From Candidatus Latescibacterota bacterium (GTDB taxonomy: Bacteria; Latescibacterota; UBA2968; GCA-2709665): a stretch of DNA of 64,000 nt. The DNA is taken from positions 1,120,001-1,184,000 of the forward strand of contig OZ242358.1 in assembly GCA_965208835.1 (NCBI GenBank), written 5' to 3'. The position numbers and the translations under genes were made by a program. The notes under the pieces were generated by a model. It saw only the letters and a program-made list of their open reading frames with translations. It had not been told where the DNA came from and made no database searches. Position 1 is the first letter of the stretch. Each line of letters begins with the position of its first letter. Shown piece after piece: positions 28,388-38,507 of this stretch.

Positions 28388-29182
28388 CTAACCGAACCTG
28401 CCCGTCACATAATCCTCGGTCTGCTTCAGCCTGGGATTCGTGAACATCTCTTCGGTCCGCGAGTGTTCCACGAGCGTTCCCAGGTAGAAGAAAGCCGTCC
28501 AGTCCGAAATACGGGAAGCCTGCTGGAGGTTGTGGGTTACAATCGCAATGGTATACTGTTTCTTCAGCTCTTCGATCGTCTCCTCAATTCGTCCGGTCGC
28601 GATGGGGTCGAGCGCCGAACAGGGTTCATCCATCAGTATCACGGAAGGCTCCACGGCGATCGCCCGCGCGATGCAAAGCCGCTGCTGCTGCCCTCCGGAG
28701 AGTCCGAGCGCCGACTCTTCGAGGCGATCCTTGACCTCGTCCCAGAGCGCCGCCGCTCGGAGGCTTCGCTCTGCCACCTCGTCCAGAACGGGCCGCCGAT
28801 TCTCTCCCGCGATTCGCAATCCGTACACCACGTTTTCGTAGATCGACTTGGGGAAGGGATTCGACTTCTGAAACACCATCCCCACCAGCCGTCGAAGTGA
28901 AATCACATCGAAGCCGTGGGCGTAAATGTCCTCACCTTCGATCCGAACCGCGCCTTCAATCCTCACTGTTTCGATCAGGTCGTTTAACCGGTTCATACAT
29001 CGCAGCAGCGTCGACTTACCGCAACCCGACGGCCCGATAAACGCGGTGACGTTATGTCGAGGCACCGTCAGGCTGACATCGTGCAATGCCTGGGCTTCAC
29101 TGTAGTACAGGCTCAGAGACTCGACTTCGACAACCGGATTCTCAATTTCCGAGTTATCCCGCGCCGTTGTTTCCGCGTCCAT
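28388..29182 (-). CDS. pstB: Phosphate ABC transporter ATPase PstB
   Basis: [42 protein letters not shown]. Confidence 0.98.
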   Translation of the reverse strand: MDAETTARDNSEIENPVVEVESLSLYYSEAQALHDVSLTVPRHNVTAFIGPSGCGKSTLLRCMNRLNDLIETVRIEGAVRIEGEDIYAHGFDVISLRRLVGMVFQKSNPFPKSIYENVVYGLRIAGENRRPVLDEVAERSLRAAALWDEVKDRLEESALGLSGGQQQRLCIARAIAVEPSVILMDEPCSALDPIATGRIEETIEELKKQYTIAIVTHNLQQASRISDWTAFFYLGTLVEHSRTEEMFTNPRLKQTEDYVTGRFG

Positions 29183-29264
29183 CCTTGTTGACTCCTGGTT
29201 GAATGATCCTCTCGAAAACCGTCCGGATGATGCATCTCGATGGTTCGTTCGAGAGGGAAAGTCG

Positions 29265-30869
29265 TTACAGACCGATCTTCTGGTATCGTTTGCGCAAACG
29301 GGACCGGACCTGGATCGCGGTCAGGTTCAGTGCGAGTACGATGAACATCAGAAGCAGGGTTGTGGTATAGACCATCGGACGGGCCGCCTCCACGTTGGGC
29401 GACTGGAAGCCGACGTCAAAGATGTGGAAACCCAGGTGCATGAACTTACGCTCCAGGTGGAAAAAAGGCCAGGCGCCATCCACGGGCAGCGTAGGCGCAA
29501 GCTTGACCACGCCCGTAATCATCAACGGCGCCACTTCCCCCGCGCCCCTGGCCACCACGAGAACGATACCCGTCAAAATGCCCGGCAGCGCCGCGGGAAG
29601 GACCACCCGCCAGATGGTCTGAAACTGGGTGGCGCCCAGCGCAAGCGAGCCCTCCCGTACATCTCCGGGAACGGACGCCAGGGCCTCCTCCGAAGCCACA
29701 ATCATTACCGGTACGGTCAGAAGAGCCAGGGTCAGCGACGCCCAGAGGATCCCGCCGGTGCCGAACGTGGGGGCGGGCAACGCCTCCGGAAAGAAAAGCC
29801 GGTCCAGGTTGCCGCCGACTCCGTATACGAAGAATCCCAGACCGAACATTCCGAAGACAATCGAAGGCACTCCCGCGAGGTTGTTCACTGCGATCCGGAT
29901 CGCCCGAACAAGCGGACCCTGGCGGGCATATTCCCGCAGGTAAAGTGCCGCCATCACCCCGAACGGCACGGCCGCCAAACTCATCAGAATGACCATCATT
30001 ACGGTACCGAAGATCGCGGGGAACACGCCGCCTTCGGTGTTGGATTCGCGAGGTTCGGCAGACAGGAATTCCCAGACCCGATCCAGGTACACACCCGTCT
30101 TGCCCAAGGCGCTCAGACTGTTCGGCCGATACGCGCGTACGACGTCCGCAACCGCCACCCGTCGTATCTCCCCGCCCGCCAGCCGGACATCCAGCTGCGG
30201 GACTTCGCTTTCGGTCCTCAGTCGGTTCAGCTCGGCTGCGAGAGATTCGTACCGCTTCCAGTATTTGCGGTTTTTCGCGTCGAGTTGAGATACCTGTTCC
30301 TGCCGCGTGTCCGGAGCCAGTTCAAGCCTTTTCTTTTCAAGGCGAAGCCGCTCGATACGCCGGCTGAGTTCCGATATGGCGTTGTGCTCGATGTCGCGGA
30401 CCTGATCCAGAAGGGCGTTCGTTTGCAGCAACTGCTTCTGAAACGCCGCCCAGCCGGCCGAACCGCCTCCGGCCACCTTGTCTTCGCCCTCGTACACGCT
30501 GTCAAGAAAGCCGAACAGTTGTCCCCATTCCCGCCGCTCGAATATTACCGCGTCAACAGGCAGTGTTCGTTCCAGTATCCGTGACTCGTCGACCCACCTG
30601 AAGTCAACGCCGTACGCGTCCCGGTTCGCCACCTTCAATTGGACCCGGTATTCCCCGTCGCGGTCGGGGATCTCCTGCCGGTCCCAGATCTGCCCCATCA
30701 CGAGGGCGCCGCCGTTGAGACGAAGCGCCGTCAGTTCGGAAGGCCAGAAATAACCCAGTCCGTTATATACGACCAGGCCGATCAATCCCACGATCATCAG
30801 GACGCAGAAGGCGAGCGCGCCGCCCGTCAGCCAGATATACGCCTGCCCTGACTTCCAGAAACCGTTCAT
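29265..30869 (-). CDS. pstA: Phosphate ABC permease PstA (long form)
   Basis: [39 protein letters not shown]. Confidence 0.96.
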   Translation of the reverse strand: MNGFWKSGQAYIWLTGGALAFCVLMIVGLIGLVVYNGLGYFWPSELTALRLNGGALVMGQIWDRQEIPDRDGEYRVQLKVANRDAYGVDFRWVDESRILERTLPVDAVIFERREWGQLFGFLDSVYEGEDKVAGGGSAGWAAFQKQLLQTNALLDQVRDIEHNAISELSRRIERLRLEKKRLELAPDTRQEQVSQLDAKNRKYWKRYESLAAELNRLRTESEVPQLDVRLAGGEIRRVAVADVVRAYRPNSLSALGKTGVYLDRVWEFLSAEPRESNTEGGVFPAIFGTVMMVILMSLAAVPFGVMAALYLREYARQGPLVRAIRIAVNNLAGVPSIVFGMFGLGFFVYGVGGNLDRLFFPEALPAPTFGTGGILWASLTLALLTVPVMIVASEEALASVPGDVREGSLALGATQFQTIWRVVLPAALPGILTGIVLVVARGAGEVAPLMITGVVKLAPTLPVDGAWPFFHLERKFMHLGFHIFDVGFQSPNVEAARPMVYTTTLLLMFIVLALNLTAIQVRSRLRKRYQKIGL

Positions 30870-30913
30870 CAATTCACTCCAGACCCGCTTTGCGGGCAAT
30901 CCGGGCGCGGAAC

Positions 30914-33166
30914 CTATATCCTGCTGTACCGTTCGCGGAGCCGTTGCCGCACGATTTCCGCTAGGGTGTTGACGACGAACGTCACTGCCGCAAGCAGTAC
31001 GCCGGTCAGAAAGAGTATACGGTAGAGGGTGCCCTCATGCGGCGCCTCGGGAATTTCCACGGCAATGTTGGCCGACATGGTGCGCATCCCGTTGAAGATG
31101 CTCCAGTCCATAATGGGGGTATTTCCGGTGGCCATGAGGACAATCATCGTTTCGCCGACCGCCCGTCCGAAGCCAATCATCGTGGCGGAAAAAATGCCCG
31201 GGCTGGCCGTGGGGAGTACCACGCGAACGGCCGTCTGCCACGGCGTTGCGCCCAGTGCCAGGGATCCGGCCCTCAGGTGCGAAGGTACGCTTGTCAGCGC
31301 GTCTTCACAGATTGTATAGATGATGGGGATCACGGCAAAACCCATCGCGAAACCTACAACCAGGCAGTTCCGCTGGTCATAGCGGGTATCTGCGGAATCC
31401 GCCAGCCAGCGCTGGAAATCGCCTCCCCAGAGCGCGCCCTCCATCCAGGGCCCGAGCACCAGAGCCAGCCAGATACCCAGGAGAGACACCAACACGTAGA
31501 ACACCTCAGGTCCCGGCAGCCGGTTCTTCAGCTGGCCGGGCAGCCTGGACCAGATCCAGGAAGCGGAGATTATCGTCAGCGCCACAGTCGGCAACAGCAA
31601 CAGGACCCCCACTACCTGGCGATCCAGCAATGGCGCCAGCCAGAGACCACCCAGAAACCCGAGAATCACGCTTGGCAGCGACGCCATTAACTCCACCGTG
31701 GGTTTGACCACGTTTCGCACTCGCGGATGGGCGAACTCGGACGTATAGATGGCGGCGAGTACCGCCAGTGGCAGTGCGAAAAACATCGCGTAAAATGTCC
31801 CCTTCGCCGTGCCGTACGCCAGAGGGATTATACTCAATTTGGGCTCGAACTCGTCGGTACCTCCGGTGGACTGCCAGACAAACTCGGGTTCGGTATATCC
31901 CTCGTACCAGACCTTGCCGAACAACGTCTTGAACGTTACTTCGGGATGCGGATTGGACAACCGATAGTGGTTCAACCGTCCGTCGCCGTCCAGGCACAGG
32001 AACCCGTCGGCCTTGGGTGCAAACGTCAATCCGGTTACGTTCGATCCACTCGCCACGCTGAAGAACGTCTGTGCGGACGTCATGTGATGCAGCATCACGT
32101 GTCCGCCGGCGCTGCCCGTCAGAAACTGTTTGTCGCGCGCGGATGGCGCGATGGCGCTCACCGCCGCGCGATGCGAACGAAAGGCGTGGATCTTGCGAAA
32201 TGACGCGAAGACACTGCTGTCGGGACCGCGTACCGGAAACCATGCGCTGACCTGACCGCCGGCGTCGCCCACAACCACCGATACGTCGCCAAGTACAAAC
32301 GCGAGGGCCGTAATCGCCCGGTCCGAAGCACGAAAACGCTGTACGAGGGGCGGCGGCGCCTTGAGGTCCGTTATGTCCCAGCAATAAACTTCTCCGCGAT
32401 CCGTGCCGGCCAGAAGAAGCCGACCGTTTCCGTCCACCAGCACGGCTGTTGGCCTGCCGTCGAGCTCAGCCGTCAGGTCGTAAGCATACGTCTCGAGTTT
32501 CCCTCCGCCCAGCAGGGTCCTCTTTTGCGCCATCCCCACCACCAGCAGCCGTTCCGACGCCGTGATCCCCGCCGCGGTCGACCGACGCTCCCCGTCGTTT
32601 CGATATGCAACCCGGGTGACGGGTTCACCTTCCGGGTCCAGCGCCACGTTAACCTGAATGTCCAACTCTGGCGTGACAAAACGTCTGCCTTCCGGGTAAG
32701 TCACACGGTAGTTGACCTTAACCGCGACAACGCGACCGTCCGACATACCCAGGCCGAGGTATCCGTCCGTCAGCGATGGGCACACCGACACCACGCGGCG
32801 ATCCTGAAAGATGTCGCCGCGTTCCCGACGAATGGTCTCACCCGTTGCCAGACGGATGAAATCGATCCCTTCCGGCCGCACCAGATACGCAACTTCGCGA
32901 TATGGATCGGCGCCTGCTTCCAGCGGGCTTTGATCCTGACTGCCGTCCACGGTGTGGCTGCTCACGATCGTAGCAGGCGCCGGCGAGAGGAAGAGCGGAT
33001 AGGCTTCCCGCAACACAAATGCCAGTATGCCCAGCACAACCAGGATCACGCCCACACCACCCACGGCGATCATCCATCGGCCAACACGGTCCATTGTACG
33101 GGCCGCTTGCGTAATGCCCGGCAGGGTTCCGGACTTCTCTGCTTTTGTGTCATTCGGTTGCGCCAT
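30914..33166 (-). CDS. pstC: Phosphate ABC permease PstC with WD40-like periplasmic insertion
   Basis: GKVWYEGY...EFEPKLS, KPTVELMASLPSV, GRAVGETMIVLMATGN. Confidence 0.94.
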   Translation of the reverse strand: MAQPNDTKAEKSGTLPGITQAARTMDRVGRWMIAVGGVGVILVVLGILAFVLREAYPLFLSPAPATIVSSHTVDGSQDQSPLEAGADPYREVAYLVRPEGIDFIRLATGETIRRERGDIFQDRRVVSVCPSLTDGYLGLGMSDGRVVAVKVNYRVTYPEGRRFVTPELDIQVNVALDPEGEPVTRVAYRNDGERRSTAAGITASERLLVVGMAQKRTLLGGGKLETYAYDLTAELDGRPTAVLVDGNGRLLLAGTDRGEVYCWDITDLKAPPPLVQRFRASDRAITALAFVLGDVSVVVGDAGGQVSAWFPVRGPDSSVFASFRKIHAFRSHRAAVSAIAPSARDKQFLTGSAGGHVMLHHMTSAQTFFSVASGSNVTGLTFAPKADGFLCLDGDGRLNHYRLSNPHPEVTFKTLFGKVWYEGYTEPEFVWQSTGGTDEFEPKLSIIPLAYGTAKGTFYAMFFALPLAVLAAIYTSEFAHPRVRNVVKPTVELMASLPSVILGFLGGLWLAPLLDRQVVGVLLLLPTVALTIISASWIWSRLPGQLKNRLPGPEVFYVLVSLLGIWLALVLGPWMEGALWGGDFQRWLADSADTRYDQRNCLVVGFAMGFAVIPIIYTICEDALTSVPSHLRAGSLALGATPWQTAVRVVLPTASPGIFSATMIGFGRAVGETMIVLMATGNTPIMDWSIFNGMRTMSANIAVEIPEAPHEGTLYRILFLTGVLLAAVTFVVNTLAEIVRQRLRERYSRI

Positions 33167-33219
33167 TCGCCAAACCCTGAATTGACCCTTCGAGAACGAA
33201 GGAGCCGTTCACCCGCACA

Positions 33220-34197
33220 CTACATGCCGTCCGCTTCGAGCTTCGCCAGTTCTTCTTCTGCGACTTCAAATGGTACCGGCATGTAACCATCCTTGATTGC
33301 GACTTCCTGACCCTCTTTCGAAAAAATGTACCTGCAGAACTCTCGCACCATTGGGTCGAGCGGCCTGCCAGGTGCCTTGTTAATGTAGATAAACAAAAAC
33401 CGGCCGAGCGGATAGGTGCCGTCGAGGACATTCTCCATGCTGGCGTCACTGTATCCATCCGAGGGATCATCCGCGAGAGGTACCACACGCACGTCCGACG
33501 TCCTGTATCCGATTCCGCTGTAACCGATTCCGAACCGGTCTTCCGCGACTCCCTGCACGACGGAAGCCGATCCGGGCTGTTCCTTGACCTCATCCTTGAA
33601 ATCGCCCTTGGAAAGGGCGTTCTTCTTGAAGAAACCATACGTGCCGGACGCAGAATTCCGACCGTACATGCTGATCAGCGCCATTGCGTGATCGCCGGTC
33701 CAACCCGCTTCACTCCAACGTTGTATGTCGTCCGGATGCCCTCGTCGGCGTGTCTTCGAAAAAATCGCATCCACCTGCTGCAGTGTCAATCCTCTAACGG
33801 GATTGTCCTTGTTGACGAAGACCGCCAGGGCATCGAGCGCAGTCCGCAACGGCGTGGGCGGGTACCCGAACGCCTGCTCGAACTTGTCCACCTCCGTGGC
33901 CTTCATCGCGCGTGACATCGGCCCGAACTGCGCAGTGCCTTCGATCAGCGCGGGCGGCGCCGTACTGGACCCCTTGCCTTCAATCTGGACGTTCACGGCC
34001 GGATAGTACTTGCGAAAGCCCTCAAGCCACAGCGCCATCAGGTTGTTCATGGTATCCGATCCGATGCTGCTGGCGCTACCCGAAATTCCTCGCACTTTCG
34101 TGTAAGCCGGAATTCGCGGATCGACCTCAAGCGTCTGTGCCTGGGCCGGAACCACGGTGACAATCAGCGAAATTACAACGACAATAGTACGCATCAT
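33220..34197 (-). CDS. pstS: Phosphate-binding protein PstS
   Basis: SIGSDTM, EGKGSSTAPPAL, GRNSASGTY, GYSGIGY. Confidence 0.96.
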   Translation of the reverse strand: MMRTIVVVISLIVTVVPAQAQTLEVDPRIPAYTKVRGISGSASSIGSDTMNNLMALWLEGFRKYYPAVNVQIEGKGSSTAPPALIEGTAQFGPMSRAMKATEVDKFEQAFGYPPTPLRTALDALAVFVNKDNPVRGLTLQQVDAIFSKTRRRGHPDDIQRWSEAGWTGDHAMALISMYGRNSASGTYGFFKKNALSKGDFKDEVKEQPGSASVVQGVAEDRFGIGYSGIGYRTSDVRVVPLADDPSDGYSDASMENVLDGTYPLGRFLFIYINKAPGRPLDPMVREFCRYIFSKEGQEVAIKDGYMPVPFEVAEEELAKLEADGM

Positions 34198-34377
34198 CCC
34201 TTCTGTGCCTCCCGATTATGCAGGTTCTTCGTCGGATTGAATACGAACGATCGATTTATATGGCGAATGTTACAATCTCTCTTCAACAACGCAGGAAATC
34301 GCAAAACACCGGCAGAGGCGCATCGAACAATGGTCATAACGAACGGGCGGAACAGGCATGAAGGGGTTCATGTGCTA

Positions 34378-35352
34378 TTAGAATCTGTAGCACACCGTCA
34401 TCCGGGGAATCACTTCGGTATCTGCGTCCGAGGACCGGTTTATCGTCGCCACCACATTGGGCATGATGTGGATGTTCCTGGCAGGCACGACGTCGACTCC
34501 GCCAATAATCATGTACTCCTCGTCCTGCTCCGTGCTCCGGTTTGGATCGAAAAAGTCCAGGCGCCCGAATACATCGACCCCGGGTTTCACGTTGACGGCG
34601 CCGAAGGCGGAGACGCCTCGAATCTGTAAGTCGTCGCCTGCCAGCGCTTTTCTATTATTTCGGACGAATCCCTCTAAACCGAAACGGATGTTCTCGACGG
34701 ACGTACCCAGCATCCCGGCTAATGTGACGCGGTCTTTTCCTCCGGGTTTGCCTTCCCAGTCGAAGTAGACCGTGGCTTCAACGATGTCCGCGGGTTTCAG
34801 ATGAAGCAGGGAGTACACTTTCTTTCCGTTGTCCGCCTCCGGACGCTGGCCGCTGCCGTTTCCGAACATCAGATGGGCGTTCACTCTGCCTGCACCGTCC
34901 AACTTGCCCTTGAATCCAACTCCGATGTCCGCGGAAGAACCGATCTTGCGCTTGTCCATGATTGTCTTTTCGATTGATCGGTAACCCCATATTCGCTCGG
35001 AAACATTCCAGGTGGGCGTGCCGAACAGCCCCATATATACCGTCCGTCCGTTTGAACGGTATCGCAAATAACCGTGTTTCACGAACGGCCTCATCTTGTC
35101 CTCGCCGCCAAATCCCGCATCGTTTGCTTCGTAGCGCACCCGTCCGGACCAGCGGTCATTCCATTTGAGGTCGTAGGTCAGATAGATCCTTCGGAATTTG
35201 AAACCGTTTTCGTTCTTGTCCGTTCCGGCGACAACGAAATAATAATCGCCGAAGGCAACCCCTTTAATTTTGCCTTCGGCGCCCTCCAAAGACCCGAAAA
35301 GACCCAGACTCAACAACGCGGCGATTCCCAGGACAATCACCTTCATCGGCAT
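34378..35352 (-). CDS. Outer-membrane porin heading the pst operon (OprO/P-like role inferred)
   Basis: Signal peptide, FKFRRIYLTYD, PFVKHGYL, amphipathic strands, C-terminal Phe. Confidence 0.8.
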   Translation of the reverse strand: MPMKVIVLGIAALLSLGLFGSLEGAEGKIKGVAFGDYYFVVAGTDKNENGFKFRRIYLTYDLKWNDRWSGRVRYEANDAGFGGEDKMRPFVKHGYLRYRSNGRTVYMGLFGTPTWNVSERIWGYRSIEKTIMDKRKIGSSADIGVGFKGKLDGAGRVNAHLMFGNGSGQRPEADNGKKVYSLLHLKPADIVEATVYFDWEGKPGGKDRVTLAGMLGTSVENIRFGLEGFVRNNRKALAGDDLQIRGVSAFGAVNVKPGVDVFGRLDFFDPNRSTEQDEEYMIIGGVDVVPARNIHIMPNVVATINRSSDADTEVIPRMTVCYRF

Positions 35353-35519
35353 AGCTCCTCCCCGTATTGGCGGCTAATCGGCCCGGACTTCCTTCCAGGC
35401 GGTACTTGCGTTTTCCCAGATTTCTCGCACCGACGCGGCGACTCGACTGCCAGGGCTGGAGCGCGGTTCCGTCGACGTCGGGATAATTAAATTTGAATGT
35501 ATCAATTCAGGTTGGTCCA

Positions 35520-35575
35520 AATATGCGGCCCTTCAGTTACGAAATGGTCACTCTTGTGTTACAAAATGGTTACGA
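35520..35575 (-). promoter_or_regulatory. Pho-box-like array and -10 for porin-pstSCAB-phoU
   Basis: GTTAC/GTCAC/GTTAC/GTTAC at 35536, 35547, 35558, 35569 (exact 11-bp period); CATATT 10 bp downstream on the minus strand. Confidence 0.8.
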
Positions 35576-35871
35576 TGTCGGGTCCTGGCGTCCCGCGGTG
35601 GAACCGCGCTGCGTTTCTGCGCCGGTTCATCCCATCTGGCGCCGTTGCGGAGGGATATCACTTCAGCGCGCCGTCGGTCTTTCTTGTCTTTTGCATCGGT
35701 TCAACGTATTCTTATACCAACAACTTATGCTCGATTTGGGATTGGCGTACGCCACCTTTCTCCGTCAACGGGGCGGTAGAGCGGGTGAAAGCGGAATCGT
35801 CGTTGGGCTTCACGAATTGAAACAGCTGTCCGGAGCGTACATCCCGGGCGAGCTCTGATGGATAACCAGGT

Positions 35872-37407
35872 ATGAAAAGCAAGGTATGTACACTGCGTCT
35901 GCCGGCATCGGTCAATCCACGCAGCGTATGGAACGAGGCCGTCGGCTCCCATTCCTGCGAACCGATGGACGACACAGTGCACGTCCAGACCTTTTTCGAC
36001 ACCTTCGACTGGCGCCTCTTCAACAGGAACCTGGTACTGTTACATGAAAACGACCGTTACCTTCTCTACAGCCTGCCGGACCGTGAAACCGTCGCATCGC
36101 TCAGCCTGCCGCGCGGAACCGGACCGGTATACAGCACGGATTTTCCCGAGGGACCACTGAAGGAAATCCTTCGGGCGCATTTGAGCGTACGGGCGCTCTT
36201 GCCACTCGCGCGCGCAAGAACCCGCAGGCAGACCGTGCGCGTTCTGAACCGGAACGAAAAAACCGTTGTTGTCGCAAGGCTCGAACAGGCCAGGGTGGCG
36301 GACGCCGCGCGTAACGGACAACCGCTCAATACGGTGGCGCTGCGGCCGGTCCGTGGATATGAGAAACATCTGCGACGGCTGAACCGGTCCCTGCGTGACG
36401 CCGGCGCGGAACCCCAGACCGAAGACCTGTTCCACGCAGCCACGCGGGCGGCCGGCAGGAAACCGGGAGACTATACCTCGAAACTTACTATCGTGCTGGA
36501 GCCCGACCTGAACGGCGCAGAGGCCGCGAGGCGGATTCTGGGGCACCTATTAAGGACGATCAGGCGCAACGAAGCGGGCATTAAGGAGGACATCGATACC
36601 GAATTCCTTCACGATTTCAGGGTGGGCATCCGGCGTACCCGATCGGCGCTCAGCCAGATCAAATCCGTTCTTCCGGAAGTCCCCCTCGGCCGCTTCCGCA
36701 AGGACTTTACATATCTAGGAAAACTCACCAACCGCCTTCGCGATCTGGACGTCGCCCTTCTCAAACAGGAGACGTACCGGTCTCTTCTGCCTGGATATCT
36801 GCGCTCACGGCTGGATCCGCTATTCGAATCCCTGCGGGCGGAACGTACGGAAGAACATCGTCGGCTGGTCGCCGCCCTGGACGGCGCCCGGTACCGGAAA
36901 ATCGCCGCGGACTGGGAGGCGTTTCTGAAAGGCCGGCGGGAGTCCGTTTCGCCGGACAATGCGGAAGCACCTGCGAAAGGGCTGGCGCAGAGGTTTATTG
37001 GCAAGAGATACGGTCGCGTGATCGAACTGGGAGCCGCGATTGATGCGTCCACGCCGGACGCCGACCTGCACCGGCTTCGGATCGAGTGCAAGAAACTGCG
37101 ATACCTCCTCGAGTTTTTCTCGTCGCTTTTTCCTGCTGAAGAGATCCGCATGATTGTCGACCACCTCAAGAGCCTGCAGGACAACCTGGGCGACTTTAAC
37201 GACGCTTCCGTTCAACAGGCCGACCTGAAAAAATACCTGCGTGCGTTGCCCTCGGAAAAAACTCATCCGGAAACCTTCGCCGCCATCGGCGGGCTCATCG
37301 GCTGCCTTTACCGCGAGCAGCAAAACGTCCGAGCGGCGTTTTCGAAGACCTTCGCGGAGTTCAACCGGGCGGAGGTTGCCGCCACGTTCCGACGCCTGTT
37401 CGCCTGA
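35872..37407 (+). CDS. CHAD-domain polyphosphate-binding protein
   Basis: FFDTFDWRL N-domain; LHDFRVGIRRTRS, RDLDV, LHRLRIECKKLRY, LQDNLGDFND. Confidence 0.93.
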   Translation: MKSKVCTLRLPASVNPRSVWNEAVGSHSCEPMDDTVHVQTFFDTFDWRLFNRNLVLLHENDRYLLYSLPDRETVASLSLPRGTGPVYSTDFPEGPLKEILRAHLSVRALLPLARARTRRQTVRVLNRNEKTVVVARLEQARVADAARNGQPLNTVALRPVRGYEKHLRRLNRSLRDAGAEPQTEDLFHAATRAAGRKPGDYTSKLTIVLEPDLNGAEAARRILGHLLRTIRRNEAGIKEDIDTEFLHDFRVGIRRTRSALSQIKSVLPEVPLGRFRKDFTYLGKLTNRLRDLDVALLKQETYRSLLPGYLRSRLDPLFESLRAERTEEHRRLVAALDGARYRKIAADWEAFLKGRRESVSPDNAEAPAKGLAQRFIGKRYGRVIELGAAIDASTPDADLHRLRIECKKLRYLLEFFSSLFPAEEIRMIVDHLKSLQDNLGDFNDASVQQADLKKYLRALPSEKTHPETFAAIGGLIGCLYREQQNVRAAFSKTFAEFNRAEVAATFRRLFA

Positions 37408-37620
37408 CGGGAGAAAGCCAACCTGGATTCGTCGTTTTTTGGTGACACAAAACCGTATATACGCCAGTATATAAACACGATTTGACTTCGGATTACCAGG
37501 ATACTTCAGGTCACTGGACGCGAACTGCAAAAACGTCGTTTCGGACGACCTTTATGCCCCGTTTCGGGAGTCTTCGTCGCGTCACCGCGTTGCTGTCTTT
37601 TTTGAATTGGGGCTGATTTC

Positions 37621-38370
37621 ATGGCAACAGTCGCCCTTTACAACATCAAGGGCGGGGTGGGGAAGACCGCTGCGGCGGTAAACCTGGCCTACCTCGCCGC
37701 GCGCGATGGCGCACAGACCATTCTGTTTGATCTGGATCCCCAGGGATCGGCGGCGTTCTACTTTCGCATCAAACCCTCAAGAAAACTCCCCGGGCGAAAA
37801 TTTCTTCGCGGGGGGCGAAGGATAGAGAAACGCATACGCGGTACCGACTACGAAAACCTGGACCTGCTTCCGTCAAACCTGTCGTTCAGAAACCTGGACA
37901 CGACGCTGAGTAAGCTCAAGGGCTCCCCAAAGCGGCTCCGTCGTATACTGAAACCCTATCGCAAGACATACGACTTCATCTTTCTCGACTGTCCCCCGGG
38001 CATCGGCCTGGTGTCGGAAAACATGCTCTTTGCATCCGACATCGTGCTGGTGCCCTGTATTCCAACCACGTTATCCATGCGTACCTATGACCAGCTGGTG
38101 CGGTTCTTCGGATCCAAAGGCCGGGACGTCTCCCGGATCTACCCGTTCTTCGCCATGGTCGAAAAACGGAAACGAATGCACAGCGAACATCTGGCTGCCG
38201 GGAGGGAACGGGAACACCGATTTCTGGATACGCAGATTCCCTACGCATCGGAAGTCGAAAAAATGGGCATCCGCCGGGAACCGGTTCCATGTTTCGCTCC
38301 GGGCTCGCCTGCCGCGAACGCGTATCAGGATCTCTGGCTTGAACTGAAGGCGATCGTGCAGAGCTGCTGA
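37621..38370 (+). CDS. ParA/MinD-family ATPase
   Basis: KGGVGKT deviant Walker A, DLDPQG, LDCPPG. Confidence 0.93.
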   Translation: MATVALYNIKGGVGKTAAAVNLAYLAARDGAQTILFDLDPQGSAAFYFRIKPSRKLPGRKFLRGGRRIEKRIRGTDYENLDLLPSNLSFRNLDTTLSKLKGSPKRLRRILKPYRKTYDFIFLDCPPGIGLVSENMLFASDIVLVPCIPTTLSMRTYDQLVRFFGSKGRDVSRIYPFFAMVEKRKRMHSEHLAAGREREHRFLDTQIPYASEVEKMGIRREPVPCFAPGSPAANAYQDLWLELKAIVQSC

Positions 38371-38507
38371 AAGGCGCCTGCGAAATTCGTCAAACCCCCG
38401 AGCAACAATGACTTGCAAGCGCGATTCCGATTGACTGAGGCATTGTGTTGGCTTATCTTGGCGCTTTCCGGATGTCCATGGCGTAGCTCAACCACGAGAA
38501 TCGCAGT

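Noticed and set aside
34255-34290. Second Pho box upstream of pstS
   Set aside because: Only one good half-site (TGTAAC); the 11-bp partner is poor.
37441-37475. GTATAT repeats upstream of parA as a Pho box or parS-like site
   Set aside because: The spacing is irregular (11 then 12 bp) and does not match the 35536-35573 motif.
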